A program made the translations under genes and the position numbers. From positions 2,689,387 through 2,753,386 of the forward strand of contig NC_081392.1 in NCBI RefSeq assembly GCF_030684315.1: a stretch of DNA of 64,000 nt, in the 5' to 3' direction. This stretch comes from Stegostoma tigrinum. Its lineage: Eukaryota. Shown here one piece after another: positions 40,201-52,547 of the stretch. The notes beneath the pieces are model-generated. The model was not told the DNA's origin. It worked only from the letters and a program-made list of their open reading frames with translations, and ran no database searches. Every line of letters begins with the position of its first letter. Positions within the stretch are counted from its first letter, which is position 1.

Positions 40201-43200
40201 TCAATCCTTCCATTTACACTGCCACTCTGAATTCCTCCATTTCCCTTCTTTATCGGTATAAAGTCTCCCACAATAGAATGAGCAAATCTCCCTTTATTGG
40301 TTCCTCTCCAGTTTAGGTTAGACCCATCCTTTTCAACAGGTCTTTTCTATCCCAAAAGACATTCCAATTGTCCAAAATCCTGAATCCCTGGACAATACAC
40401 CAGCTCTTCAATTATTGATTTATCTCCTTTAACCTTTTGTTCCTTCCCTTGAGTTTGGTATTGGGAGTAAACCTGAAATTAATACTTAAGGTTTTATTTT
40501 TTAATCTTCTACCTAACCTCTTAAATTCACTCTGTACTGCTTTAATCCTTTCCTTAACAATGTCATTCCTGTCAGTGTACAGTAATTTCTGACTTCTCAA
40601 CCTCAACTGTAACAATATACTTAAAACATTTAGAAATGTCCTTAACCCTAGCACCAGGAAAGCAACAAACCATCCTAAATTTACGCTCACTGCCACAGAG
40701 TAGTCTGTCTGTGCACCTGATGAGAGAGTCTCCTATAACAATAATTCTATTAAATCTTGCCAACACTGCCTAACATAAGAATCATTCCAAGTGTCCAGCT
40801 GGGTGGCACAGAGGCTCAGTGGTTAGCACTGCTACACCAGGGACCCAGGTTTAATTTTGCCCTCAGGCAATTGTCTGTATTCTTCCGTAGATTATTCTAT
40901 TCTAACTGACTGGCCTTTCCATTTTCCTCAGAGAGACTATCCCCTTCAACTGTTCCAAAAACTGAATATCTATTTGATAGAGGGATATCCAGCAGAGACT
41001 TTAAAACCACTTTCTTAACTTTCCTGACAATAACCCATCTATCTGACTGATCCAGCTGGGTAATAACTCTAAATCTTCTAGCTGTTTCACTCTGTACCTT
41101 TACATATGGCTTTAATAGTATTAAGAATAAAAAGAAAGGATTTTTCAATATCACATTATATATAAATAAGCTACATTTCACTTCCTGGAGAAAATAATGT
41201 TAAATTGGAAAAAACATTTTAAAAATATACATATCAAACCTATAAAAATTAAATAAAATCATCCATTAAATTATTTAACTGAATATAGACAATTCCTCTT
41301 CAATAAATTTCTTGAAAAAATCTTCTTTAGAGCTGACCACATGTGGAAATCCCCAGAAGGAAAGCTCAACTCCTTATTTAAAAAAGACTGTTCACTTCTT
41401 TTCAAAAAATCCTTTGCAATGTAAAAAACCTCTAAAAACACAGACATTTAATTTCTGAATTAAGAATGAAAAAACCTAAGCCATTCACTGCAGACCCTTT
41501 AAAAAATAATTTATTAAAAAGTCCATTTGAAAAATGAGATTTTTTTCATTTTGTTTTGCTTTTTTTTAATGCTAATAAAGAGGCAAAATGGAAAAAAGTC
41601 TTATTATTAAACTATAATGGCTATGATAAATGTAAAAAGTATAATAAATCTTTAATTAAGCCTGCAATCCCAGGAGCAGCTGCAAGATCCATGCTGCTCC
41701 TACTTACTGATTGAGGCTTTGAATTCTGGAATAAGTGACTCACCTGATACCTCCCCAAAGATGTTCTCAAGTTGGGAGTGTAATAGAATACTCCTCACTT
41801 GTCAGGATGAAAATAGCTCCAATAAAACTCAAGAATCTGAGCATTATCCATGACTTGGCGTCCCACTTGATCAGCACCCCATCCACTACCTTAAACGGTC
41901 ACTTGCTCAACCATTGGGCATAGTGGTAGTTGTGTGGACATCTACAAGGTGCACTCATTAACCTCCTTTGACAGCATATTTCACCCCCATTATCCAAAGC
42001 ACTAATTAGAGATGGCAGTAAATGCTGAACCACCCAGCAACACGTAAATTCCATAAAGGATTAAAAGACAATAAAATTCACTTTTACTTCTGGAAGTTCA
42101 ACTTGTTGACCAGTACTTCAGTGCATCAACCTGTAAAGTACAAGTTTGATCTTCCATTGCCATGGAGTTCCTGATCTAAATCACAAAGAACAAAGGTACA
42201 GATAAAAAATACTTCTCTGAAAGGAATAGTGATGAACTAGATAAATGGCAGACTGTTCTCCTGAGGCACTTACTGAGCTTGCAGAGGCATCGGCCTGAAC
42301 CATGGAAATAGTGTCAGACTAGCTAGTTGTGAGGAATCTGCATAGGGGCAGAATGAGCTTCAGGCCCATCACAGAATATGCACAGCACAGAAAGAGGCCT
42401 TTCAGCCTATCAAATCTCCACCAACGCTCCTAAGAATGTTCCAAACAGTCACCCCTCTACTGCATCCCTAATATCCAACATGGGGTTTTTACAATTGCTA
42501 ACACACCTAACCCACACATCCCTAGATACTGTAGGTCAATTTTTAGCATGGCCCAATCCACCTAAGCTGCCATTCCCCATCCACAACCTTCGATTTCCAA
42601 CTCCCCCAGATTTGCTGCAAATCTCCAACAGTGGCACCTATGGTGAGGAAGTGGCCTTAAATGAGGGCTAGGTCTGTAGGCAAGTACTAAGATTGCTCCA
42701 TCCCAGATGGAAACATTAAAAGTGGTGAATCCGACATACTGTTCTGACTCATCTAGCATATTTGGAGCTCCAGTACAGCCACTTCATTCATCCCCAAGTA
42801 CCACATTTTTTTCCTTCTGGAATGAAAGATTGCCAGGAAGATAAAAGTGCACAACAAAAGACAGATTACAGCAACAATGTATCTCTTCATTACTTCTACA
42901 ACAATTAGCACCATATGGCAGTTTTAGCCTCCACAAAACTTTCAAGGATGTTACATGGTTGGCACGAAAAGAAAATAGAGAGCATCCTATGAAGGAGACA
43001 ATTTAGCAGTGACCATGAGCATAGTTCAACAACTGAGTTTTGGAGAAGACAAAGCTAGAAAAATAGAAGGGAACTCCAGAGAGTGTGCATTAACCAGCTG
43101 TGGTCGTGACTGCTAATGGAAGCAGACAGGGACAGGCAGTATACAAATAGTTAGGAAATAAGCAGAATTGGCAAGTTGCTTGAGCATTAAAGGTGGTTAC

Positions 43201-46200
43201 ACAGAGCGGGGTATGACATCTTAGAAAAATTCAGAAAGATGTTTATGTCCGTGGAAGACAGGTATAAATGTAGGTTAGTGGGAACAAGGAAGTTGTGCGA
43301 AGCATTGTGTAATATAGGATTGGGTAGCACAGTTTTGGATAAATGGAAGGGAAAGAGTATGTGTGGGGAGTCTAAGGCAACATTGGAGTTGATGAATCTG
43401 GAGTTGCAAAGGGATAAATGAGGATTTTGAGTGAAATTAAGAGTAGGAGTGAACCATGCAGTATCTCTGGCTTGTACTGCCATTCAGTAGGCATCTGATA
43501 ACTCATCTAATTATGGTCTCAACTCAGTATTCCTGCTGACCCTGATAACCCTTTGAGTTCCTCAATAGTCAAGGATTTATTAATCCCTGCCTTACAAGTA
43601 TTCAGTGATCCTGCCTCTCTGGGGAAGGGAGTCCCCCAAGAGATAACTGGATAAAGGGGGAATGTGAATGCTGAGAATTATGAAGAAAAGAGTAAGGTAA
43701 GTGTAGTAATAAGATGAAATGTCTCAGAGTCAACCTTAGGTCTGTCCTAAAGACACTTCAGATGCCGGAATGATCACGTATTACATATTCAAAACCAGTT
43801 AATCATCAGTTGTACAACCCAGGCAGTTGTAAAACTTCTGGTGAGTGTGGAGTCAAATAGATGCCAGACCAGCCGGTAATAGTGAGTTCCCTTCCCTGAA
43901 AGCCAATAGTCAATCAAACAGATTCTTATGGCAATCCAATAGTTTTCCCATGAAGTCGGTATCAGGTCTGAGGTCAAAACCACAGGGCTGCTAGCCATCA
44001 CCAACATCACTAGGTACAGGGAGATTTCCTTGCCCAATCATTGTGTAGTTAACCTCAGCTGAAAGTTGAGTGAGCACAGGAACAAGCTCAGGATATTGTT
44101 CACCCCTTGAGCTAGGTACTTGCCAACATTCGCCTTCCTGGCACAAGGTGCTAAGTTTGTGGAATTAACTTTGCTCATGGTAAAGTCAAAAGCACTTAAA
44201 ATTAAAATCTTAAAATTAGAACAATACAATTTAAACCCAAAATTAGGAAGCACTTTTATTTATGCAGAAGGTGTTAGATATCTTCAAAGAGCTAGAAGTC
44301 AATTGGGGCTTTCAGGACTGAGTTTGATAGACTTTTGTTGCCTAAAAATATTGACAGATATTAAGGGGAAGTGAGATTGAGATTCAGATCTCTTGGGATC
44401 TAATTGAAAGGCAGAGCAGCCTCCATAAATGGACTGGTCTATTTCTATACTTTTACTTAATTCTTTCATATTATGTGGGCATAGCTAGCAAGACTAGCAT
44501 TTATTCCCCTGGATCTGAGTGGGTCACTGGACTATATCTGTGGACATTTAGGAGTCAACCACATCACAGTTGGTCTGGAGTCACATGTCAGCCAGATCAG
44601 ATAAGTGTGGTAGATTTCTTTCTCTAAAGGACATTAGTGAAACAGATGGTTTTTAACAACAATCAACAAATGGTTTCATGGCCACCATTACTAATATTGG
44701 CTTTCAATTTCAGATTTGCTAATTTATTAATTTTTGCATTATTACATAGAATCAAGGAAAATAGGAGTAGGAGTAGCCCCGTTTGGCACATCGAGTCTTC
44801 TGCACCATTCAGTGTGATCGTAACTGTACCTATGGACCCCAAGTGCAGGATAGGCCGAGAGTAAATGTGAGAAAATAATTGAAAAAGTATCACAAATGGT
44901 AATTGGGGATCAAAGCAAAGTCGATTTTTCATGAAAAATAATTAGTTAATTGTGTCTCAAGGGTGACGTTTTATATCTTACTGTTGTCTGCAATTTGGCA
45001 GTGTGGTGGTTGTGTTTTTGGATGAATGATCTAGAGGCATGAACTAGAAATAACAAGTTAAAATCCCACCACAACATCTTGAGAATTAATTTCAGTTAAT
45101 GCAACAAACAGCTAGAATCAGTAATGATAACCATAATATTACTGGACTGTCATACAGACTCATCAGGTTTATTAATGTCCTTTTGGAAATGAAATCTGCC
45201 TAACACTGTCTGACCTACAGGTGAATTTACACCAACATGGAATTCTTAACTGCCCTCTGCAATGGCCTAGAAAATAATTTTGTCATATTCAAGGTGATTC
45301 ACCATTATCTGTTGAGGGCATTTAGGAATGGGCAACAGATATTGGGGTTGTGGAGTTGAAGTCACAATCAGATCAGCCGTGATTTTATCAAATGGCAGCA
45401 CAGGCTCAAGGGGCCAAATGGCTTGCTCTTGCTTCTAAATCACAGGCTCATGTGTATGTGCAGATCTCATTAATAATGGCAACTTGCACCTGTATAGTGT
45501 CGTTAATGCAAAGAATGACCCAATATGCTTCACAGTTGCAGGTTCAGATATAAAATGGCACCAAGCCAAAGAAAGGGACAGCAGTGGGACAACAAGGAGG
45601 AGAGACCACAATTTTGGTTGATCTCAAGCAACAACTTACCGAGATGAACAAAAGGTGGAGAAGTTTAGGGAAGGAATTCTACAGCTTACAAAATGTCATA
45701 GCCAGCAATAGTGAGGCAAAGAAAGGGGCCCATGCAGAAAAGGCCGGAGTCAGGAGAGTGTACTGTTCCTAAAAGGTTGCACGACTGTAGGTGATTCTGT
45801 GAACTGGGGAGTTGTGAATGGATTTGAATTTGTGAATGACACCTTTCAATTGCATGCATCTTTGAACCAGGAGAAATGTAGATCAGTGAGAACAGGGTTG
45901 CATGGAACTTGGTAAAAGGAACGGTACAGAGAAACAGAGGATAAGCTAATGAGCCTCTAAAGCCTATTCTGCCCAGTTTGAAGAGATCATGGCTGATCTG
46001 TCACCTAACTTCACAACGCATTTTTGCCACTTATCCCTACATTCCTTAAATTAACACAAACTATCACCCTTTGATTTAAAATTGACAGTTGATCAAGAAT
46101 TAATTGACATTTGTGGGAGACAGTTCCAAACAGCAACGATCATTATATGTAGAAAGTTTTCCTGACAGGTCTGGTTCTATACTAATTTTTCTGATCATGT

Positions 46201-49200
46201 CCTACAGTCCTAGCCTTTCCAAACAGCACAAATGGTTTCTACTCTTTCTGTTCTTCATAAGATCTTGAAAATTGCAATAAAATCAGTTGTGTCTTCTAAA
46301 TTTCCAGGAGGACCACCCTGTTTGTGTAATTGCATCTCAAATTAACTTTTGAAGTTCAGATATTACCAAAAGTGGAGATACCGTTGCAAGTGTGGTGCCC
46401 AGAATGCTCTCAATTCTCCAGGTGTGGTGTACCCAAGGCTTTGCATAATGGGAGCATTAATTTTATCCTCTTGTATTCTAATCTTCTTGTATTCTAATCC
46501 CCGACAATTCCATTAAGCTTTTTCATTATTTTCAGAAGCTCTTCATGACATTTTATAATTAGCCCACCTAGACTGAATCTCAATGTTCCTCTGTCAGTTC
46601 TAGGTTTTCTAGGATCCTGTTCTCTATCATTTTTAAGGTTCAAAGTGGGCAGAGGTAGCAGAGTTTTGGATGAACTGAAGTTTAGAAATACACTGGAAAA
46701 GTTGAGCCAGGATCACAGAGGGAAATATGGGATCAGTAGCTCAGCTAGGGATCAAATAAGATGCCACTAAAGAGTTGGATCTCTGAGAAGTAGACTCCAA
46801 GTGAAGCAGTGGTCAGAGGGGGATGGAATCAGTGATGATGATAGAGTTACTGATCTTCTTGATGCCGGATGAGAAAATTTCATTGGAAAATGCAAGCACA
46901 AGAAATGTCGCTTCTGTCAAACTAAAATTGCTAGAGATAAGGAATAATTTGCTTTTTGATTATAACAGTTCATTTATTTTGTACAGTAATTTACTTTATC
47001 ATCTGATCTTATCTGAGTGTTGCTGGGCAAACCAGGATTTCCAGTCAACAGTCTAGAAGAGAAAAAAGGCCATGGCTTCCCATGTAACATGCGGTCGTTA
47101 ATACATCAGTCAGGAGGCCCAAGGTTTGAGTTTGAGCTCTGATCTATCTTGAGTCATCTGATTTCAGCCAGAGTGGCAACAGCAAAGCTACATGTTCATA
47201 AAGACGTACAGGCAATATGAAGTTTCTCTTCACTTTCTACAAGGACATGTTCAGTTCCACAGGTAAAAATCAAACTCTAACATTTTGGTGAAGTTTGACC
47301 ATGGTCCAAGCTTGGTCCAACCTAATCTGACATCCACACACCTATTTTCAGAATACAATGCTTGAGCCAACAAGGTATGGAGCTGGACGAACACAGCAGG
47401 CCAAGCAGCATCTTAAGAGCAGGAAAGCTGACGCTTCGGGCCCATACCCTTCATCAGAAAAAGGGTTTTGGCCTGAAGCATCAGCTTTCCTGCTCCGAAG
47501 GTGCTGCTTGGCCTGCTGTGTTCATCCAGCTCCATATCTTGTTATCTCAGATTCTCCAGCATCTGCAGTTCCTATTATCTCTGATGCTTGAGTCAAGGTG
47601 GCCATGGCTAGGGTTCCCCTCATCCTACCAGGGGGGTGGATGTCAATGGTGTCACTATCCAGCTTCAATCTCCAGTCTGAATTGTTGAAGATTTACTCCG
47701 AGAGTAGTAAGGGAATGGAACGCTTTGCCTGCAACGGTTGTAGATTTGCCAACTTTAGGTACATTTAAGTCATCATTGGATGAGCATATGGACGTACATG
47801 GAATAGTGTAGGTTAGATGGGCTTCAGATCGGTATGGCAGGTCGACACAACATCAAGGGCCGAAGGGCCTGTACTGTGCTGTAATGTTGTATGTTCTATG
47901 TTCTATTAAAGTCAGACCTTCACTGATCTTAACCAACCAAAACTTCAATATGTCTTCAAGAGAGCCTATAGGACTTATTATACATAGCAATAACCTCCAG
48001 GCTTGCAGTGAGATCAATGGCAAACTGTAGGAATCCAGTACTGGAGAAAACAGACTCAAATACCAAACTATTGCAAGCCTATAAGGAATTCTATCAGACA
48101 TGGTCACAGCAAAAGAAAAGATAAATCTGCATTCCTATAAACTCTCAGAATAGACCATAACACTTCACAGCAAAATGAAGTGGGAATCTAGTCCTTGTTG
48201 TAATGTAGAAAAATGTGGCAGCTAATTCGCACAAAGCAAGCTTCCACTAATTGCAATGTGATAATTAGGGTCTGTTTGTAAACAATACCGCAATATATTT
48301 GGGAGTATTAACAGGAGAGAGGAAAATATAAACAAATCAAAGGAATTGGTCATGAGGGATGAGTCAACACTGAACCAGACAGAATGACAACTCTCTCAAT
48401 GGATACATACCGTGCAGCTCCCTCCATTTTTACAAGGATTGCTCTCACACTCATTGACTTCAGTCTCACAGTTGGTCCCACTGAAGCCCGGTTTGCACGT
48501 ACAGGTGTAGCTGCCTTGACCAGTGTTGGTGCATGTTGCTCCATTCTTGCATGGCTTGTGGTTGGTGCAGTAGTTGAGATCTTGGTTGCAGAAGAGGCCA
48601 CCCCAGCCTTCCTGGCAATTACACTGCCAAGGCTGCTGGCATGTGCCATGAAGACAACCTGGGTAACGAATACACTGATCGCAGAAACGGCCCTGCCAAC
48701 CAATACGACACCTAGAGGCAAAATAAACAAAATGACTTTAGAACGTCTAACAGAAAGTTTGGGAAAGTGGGAATACTATAAAAGAAAGATTTTTTTTTAG
48801 AAATGAAAATCACCCTCACTGGTGTAAAACAACGTGAAGTAATGATGGGCATTGTTAAAACCTGTACACCTACTGGAAGATATATACTGTCTTCCAAAAA
48901 AGTTAGGGTAACTTAATTCTTATGTTGATTTGTAAACTGGATTTATAATCCAGAGAATGAATTGTAAAAGACACTGGTTAGACCTCAGCTGGAGTATTAT
49001 GAACATTTCTGGGTACCACAATAAAAGAAGGATGTAAACACATTGGAGAGAGTGCAGATGTTTGTGAGAATGGTTCTAGACATGAGAAACTTCGGTTACG
49101 AAGAGAGATTGGAGAAGTTGGGATTGTTTTCCGCAGAGAGAACTCTAACAGGAGATTTGACAGAAATTTCAAAATCGTGAGGGGTCTGAACAGAATAAAT

Positions 49201-52200
49201 TGGGGAGAAGCAAATGTGAGATGAGAGAAAACATTTTCACACAGCAAATAGTTGTGGTCTGGAATGCACATGTATGGAATTGTCATGGAGGTAGAGTCAA
49301 TAAGGTAGAGTGAAAGAGAGTATTAGATATTTATTTAACAAGAAAAAGGGAAGAGAGTAGGAGAATGGCAATAAGTCATAATACTTATTCAGAGAGCCAT
49401 TGCAGACAAAATGTCTCTTCCGCTCTGTAAAAGTTCTGTGATTCTGTTTTGAGAATCTGATTTCCACTTTAAACATTTGGAAATGAAAAATCAGCAAAAA
49501 CGATCATGAAGTAGTCACGCAGCCAAGAAAACGAAACAAACAGTTCACCAATGTCTTTCAGGAAAGGAAATTAGCCATCCTTACCCCGATCTGGGCTCTG
49601 TGACTCCAGTCCCACACAATGCATGGTTGCCACTTTAAGTGCCCTCTGAATTTATCCAGAAAGCTACTCAGTTGTGTCAAGTTGAGGGCTACTTGGGGTA
49701 GGCTGTTAATGCTGGACTTGCCTGTGATGTCCACACCATGACTGATTTTTTTTTTAGTAAATAAAGAGAAAATTACCAATTGAATCTTAACTCACTTGCA
49801 TTCCCCTGGTCTTTCACAGTATCCGTAATTATCGTTGCACTGCAGCAAACAAATCGCTGTGAAACATTTTTTTGCAGCAGGAAAGGGAGAGAGAAAAAGA
49901 AAACTTTTTAAACACAGACACGTAAATGCATTACTTGTCAAGTTCTTTGGCATTTTAAGGGCAGCTGGCTCCACCCAGACAGTGATCCTGAACAATAACA
50001 CATGGTAGCTGTCTGGCTGCCTGTACGTGTAAAGACTTGGGACGCGTGTCCCTATTAAATCCACTCTCTCGCTCTCTGTGTGGACACTGAGTAACAGAGA
50101 ATAATAAAAGACCTTAAACAAGGAGACACCAAAGCAAAGTCAAAGCCCCCTGCACTAACAACTGCGACTGAGGAGTGAAGTTTCTATGGCAACATATCCT
50201 TCCACTCGCGTGTTTCCCTATGCAATGAGACCCTTTCAGAAGTGCTGAAATTTATTCAAATTTTATTCCTCAGCTGCCGGCTGTCAGATGGCTTTGTGTA
50301 GCCCAACAAGAGGAGGGTTGGGTCTGTGTTAACACACTTGAGCAAGTTAACCAGGCCTACCATATGCTTGCTTTCATATCGATTCACCCCCTCCTGCACC
50401 CATTCTATCGTCGCTGCTTCCCACATACTCAGTATTAACATTTCCCAAACCAGAACAGAAAATGCTGGAGAAACTCAGCAGGTCCTAGTAGCATCTCTGG
50501 AGAGAAGAAGAAACAGATTTAACGTTTCGAGTCAGGATGACTTCTTTGGAACACGAGGAAAAGTCATAGTGGACTGAAAACATAAACCTTGTTTCTGCCG
50601 TTACCGCTGAAATTCTCCAGTATTTTCTGTTTTTACTTCAGATCTCCAGCATTCGCTGTCCATTGTTGTTATTTTCCAAACCCAACTTGGAGCTAAATTT
50701 AATATCAAATATCCCCTCCGAAGAACACTAACAGGGATGACAGTTGCAAAGAATCTGATTTCAAATGGATGAAATGAAATGTATTAAGATATTTTAATAA
50801 GTATCCAAATGCCGTTTGCAACAGTTTGAATTTTTTTGAAAAATGAAACTTTTATTGTTTGATTATATATGAGTAGCCTTTATGCTGCCAACTCAAATCC
50901 AGATTTGGGGCAAATTAGAAATATCACCCAAGGGGGCGCTCCCCTGGGGTTGGGGTCGTGGGGGCTCCGGTCTTACGTTCCGAGCAGTAGTTGCCTTTCC
51001 AGCCGGCCAGGCAGACTCTGCGGCCGCTCTCGTCGCAGCTGTAGTGCCCGAAGGTGTCGTCCCGGGGCCGGCAGTAGTCAGAGCAGCCCTCTCCGTAGTA
51101 ATGCTCCTCGCAGACCACATGGTAAGAATAGCGCAGCTCACTGAGCTCGCCGGCCTGCACATCCTGAGACCAGTCCTCCCCGATGGCCAGGCGGCGGCCG
51201 GTGGCCAGGCGGCTGATCAGATTCCGGGGGTCATCTGGAGAAGGAGGGGAAAATAAAGAGAGTGAGGGAAATGTGGGTGGGATGTTGCTTAGCGAACGTT
51301 ACATTGCCCACCAGCAGCAGTCCACTGGGGTTAAATACATTGCTGGCTGCTATTTTTTCAGTACACTGCGCCCTCTAGTAAAAAGATTCAGAACTGCTAT
51401 TACCAATACTGGTCTCGTCGGATTCTGCATTCCAAACCTCGATAATGAGTGAGAAAGTGCCCTACAAACAGAAAGAGAAAAATGGACAACGTTGTCACTT
51501 TAGTACCGACAAGTCAGAACCAAATGTCTCTTGCACACACAAACATGTACTTCGCAGTGATTGCTAAAACTTTGCTGCATCCTCTACTCTCAACTTTACA
51601 AAGAAGTTGCGATTTGAAAACAATTTCTGAAACAAAAGCTTCTCAATCCCACATTTTTAAAAAATAGTTCCAAACATTTCTATTTTCCTGCCTAAAATAA
51701 TTTCGGTTTTATTACTTTATTTGCCACCGCTTGTTTTGTTTAATAATTTGCAAGTGCTCTGCTCCGCCCCTTTAAAAGAAACAGTAGGAGCTGCTGGTGA
51801 TACTTGCCGGCCATGTGAAGTGGAAGGGGATGCGGATGGGCTCGCTGTCCCGCACGGAGTCACTGCCTGGCCTCAGGACCGGGGTGGTGCCAGCGCCGTA
51901 CGTGCAGGGAGGCTCCGAGGAAATGTTCACCTGGTAATGCTTGAGGCACACCCGGAAGAAGCGGCCACACGGCGGCCCCCTCTGGCAGCCCTGGGCCAAC
52001 TCCGGTTGGCGGCTGCTGAACGAGTGAACTTTCAGTTCGAAAATACCTGTCGAGGAGATCTGGAAAAATAGAAGAAAAGAAAAATATCAAGTTAAAACGG
52101 AGAGCGGGAGAAGGCAGAAACGTCGGGAAGTCACACACAAAGTTGGAATCAATCAGGAGATTAGCTTACCTGGGCAAAGGGCAGCAGAGAAACGATGCAA

Positions 52201-52220
52201 AAGAGCAGGATTGGAACCAT
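31204..52220 (-). CDS. dlc: Delta-like protein C (deltaC / X-Delta-2 type Notch ligand), 10 coding exons, 2004 nt, 667 aa
   Basis: Manually spliced exons 52220-52170, 52059-51808, 51461-51404, 51234-50977, 49856-49796, 48711-48411, 32602-32386, 32270-31589, 31454-31337, 31209-31204 join in frame. Domain order is signal peptide, MNNL, DSL, 8 EGF, TM, ICD. The short MNNL and the tail (..[35 protein letters not shown]) resemble zebrafish DeltaC, as I recall it, more than DLL1/DLL4. Confidence 0.92.
31337..31454 (-). CDS. dlc: dlc exon 9 (..[24 protein letters not shown])
   Basis: 118 nt, ttttag|T ... GAG|gtaagt. Confidence 0.93.
31589..32270 (-). CDS. dlc: dlc exon 8 (EGF6-8, transmembrane helix, intracellular domain)
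   Basis: 682 nt. Branch point ctaac, acceptor aaaag|[29 protein letters not shown], donor AA|gtgagt. Confidence 0.93.
32386..32602 (-). CDS. dlc: dlc exon 7 ([19 protein letters not shown]...[13 protein letters not shown])
   Basis: 217 nt, ttgtag|GAC ... AATG|gtaag. Confidence 0.95.
33345..33885. repeat. Degenerate 30-bp minisatellite, ~18 units (attaacccttcctgtgcctgatccaggatc-like)
   Basis: Motif taacccttcctgt recurs at 30-nt spacing (e.g. 33446, 33476; 33630, 33720). Confidence 0.8.
35420..36210 (-). mobile_element. Decayed CR1 3' fragment
   Basis: Reverse-complement similarity to the CR1 RT C-terminus and tail. Confidence 0.6.
37120..41100 (-). mobile_element. Near full-length decayed CR1 LINE in dlc intron 6 (ORF1 esterase, APE endonuclease, RT)
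   Basis: [19 protein letters not shown] (40572-40766), [12 protein letters not shown] (39703-40143), YINDLD..SKFAD (37801-38031); many stops and frameshifts. Confidence 0.85.
38436..38641. mobile_element. PLE-derived palindromic mini-element inside CR1, dlc intron 6
   Basis: Near-perfect ~90-bp arms with a 3-nt loop; 14-bp TSD tcagatgtccaggc. Confidence 0.9.
47371..47583. mobile_element. PLE-derived palindromic mini-element, dlc intron 6
   Basis: Fold-back; TSD atgcttgag(c/t)caa. Confidence 0.85.
47690..47906 (+). mobile_element. Short CR1 3' end
   Basis: WNALPA motif, gggccgaagggcctgtactgtgctg, tgttctatgttctat tail. Confidence 0.8.
48411..48711 (-). CDS. dlc: dlc exon 6 (end of EGF1 to start of EGF4, [22 protein letters not shown]...[14 protein letters not shown]...NGGSCT)
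   Basis: 301 nt, ctctag|G ... ACG|gtatgt. Confidence 0.95.
48960..49445 (+). mobile_element. Decayed CR1 3' fragment (dlc intron 5)
   Basis: LVRPQLEY / LERVQ / [10 protein letters not shown]-like remnants. Confidence 0.7.
49796..49856 (-). CDS. dlc: dlc exon 5 (EGF1 start, [21 protein letters not shown])
   Basis: 61 nt, tcacag|CG ... AA|gtgag. Confidence 0.93.
50977..51234 (-). CDS. dlc: dlc exon 4 (DSL domain, ..[53 protein letters not shown])
   Basis: 258 nt, ctccag|AT ... GAAC|gtaag, canonical DSL cysteine spacing. Confidence 0.95.
51404..51461 (-). CDS. dlc: dlc exon 3 ([19 protein letters not shown])
   Basis: 58 nt, tttgtag|GGC ... G|gtaata, ends in phase 1. Confidence 0.92.
51808..52059 (-). 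CDS. dlc: dlc exon 2 (MNNL domain, [14 protein letters not shown]...[10 protein letters not shown]...PFHFTWP)
   Basis: 252 nt. Acceptor ttccag|ATC; non-canonical donor CCG|gcaagt at the conserved FTWP|GTF boundary. Confidence 0.92.
52170..52220 (-). CDS. dlc: dlc exon 1 coding part (signal peptide [17 protein letters not shown])
   Basis: ATG at 52220, 17 mostly hydrophobic codons, donor CAG|gtaagc. Confidence 0.88.
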
Positions 52221-52480
52221 CCTGACTGCAAATCCCGAGCGTCAAACGATAGTAGGCAGGAGACAGGGAAATAATATCCAAAGCGTCTGGGATTTAGAGA
52301 AAATAATACACACACTGATTTTATTAAAGAATACTCCAAAGCGTCTAGAAAATGAGACTCGTCTTCTCTTCCTAATATTTTTTGCGCTTTAAAAAACTTG
52401 AAATTCCCTCTTCTTTTCGTCCTGTTGCTGACTCCGGGAACTAACATAAGCTCCTCTCTCTCTATCTCTCTGCTGTGTAT

Positions 52481-52547
52481 GAATGAAGCTCAGTTCAGCC
52501 CTTTTCGCCTTTATATACTTCCGCAGTGTGTGAGTTTCCGTCAATCA
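52481..52547 (-). promoter_or_regulatory. dlc core promoter: TATATAAA (52517-52510), Inr-like TCATTC (~52486-52481), TGATTGAC Pbx-type motif (52547-52540)
   Basis: TATA lies ~30 nt upstream of an initiator-like element, ~265 nt before the ATG. Confidence 0.6.

Larger units (their letters stand above)
50900..52450. promoter_or_regulatory. CpG-rich region over dlc exons 1-4
   Basis: Many CpGs against an otherwise CpG-depleted background. Confidence 0.6.

Noticed and set aside
31204-52220. Calling the gene DLL1, DLL4 or mammalian-type DLL3
   Set aside because: Short MNNL and tail motifs fit DeltaC; the intact DSL, lysine-containing ICD and ATEV end exclude the derived mammalian DLL3 form.
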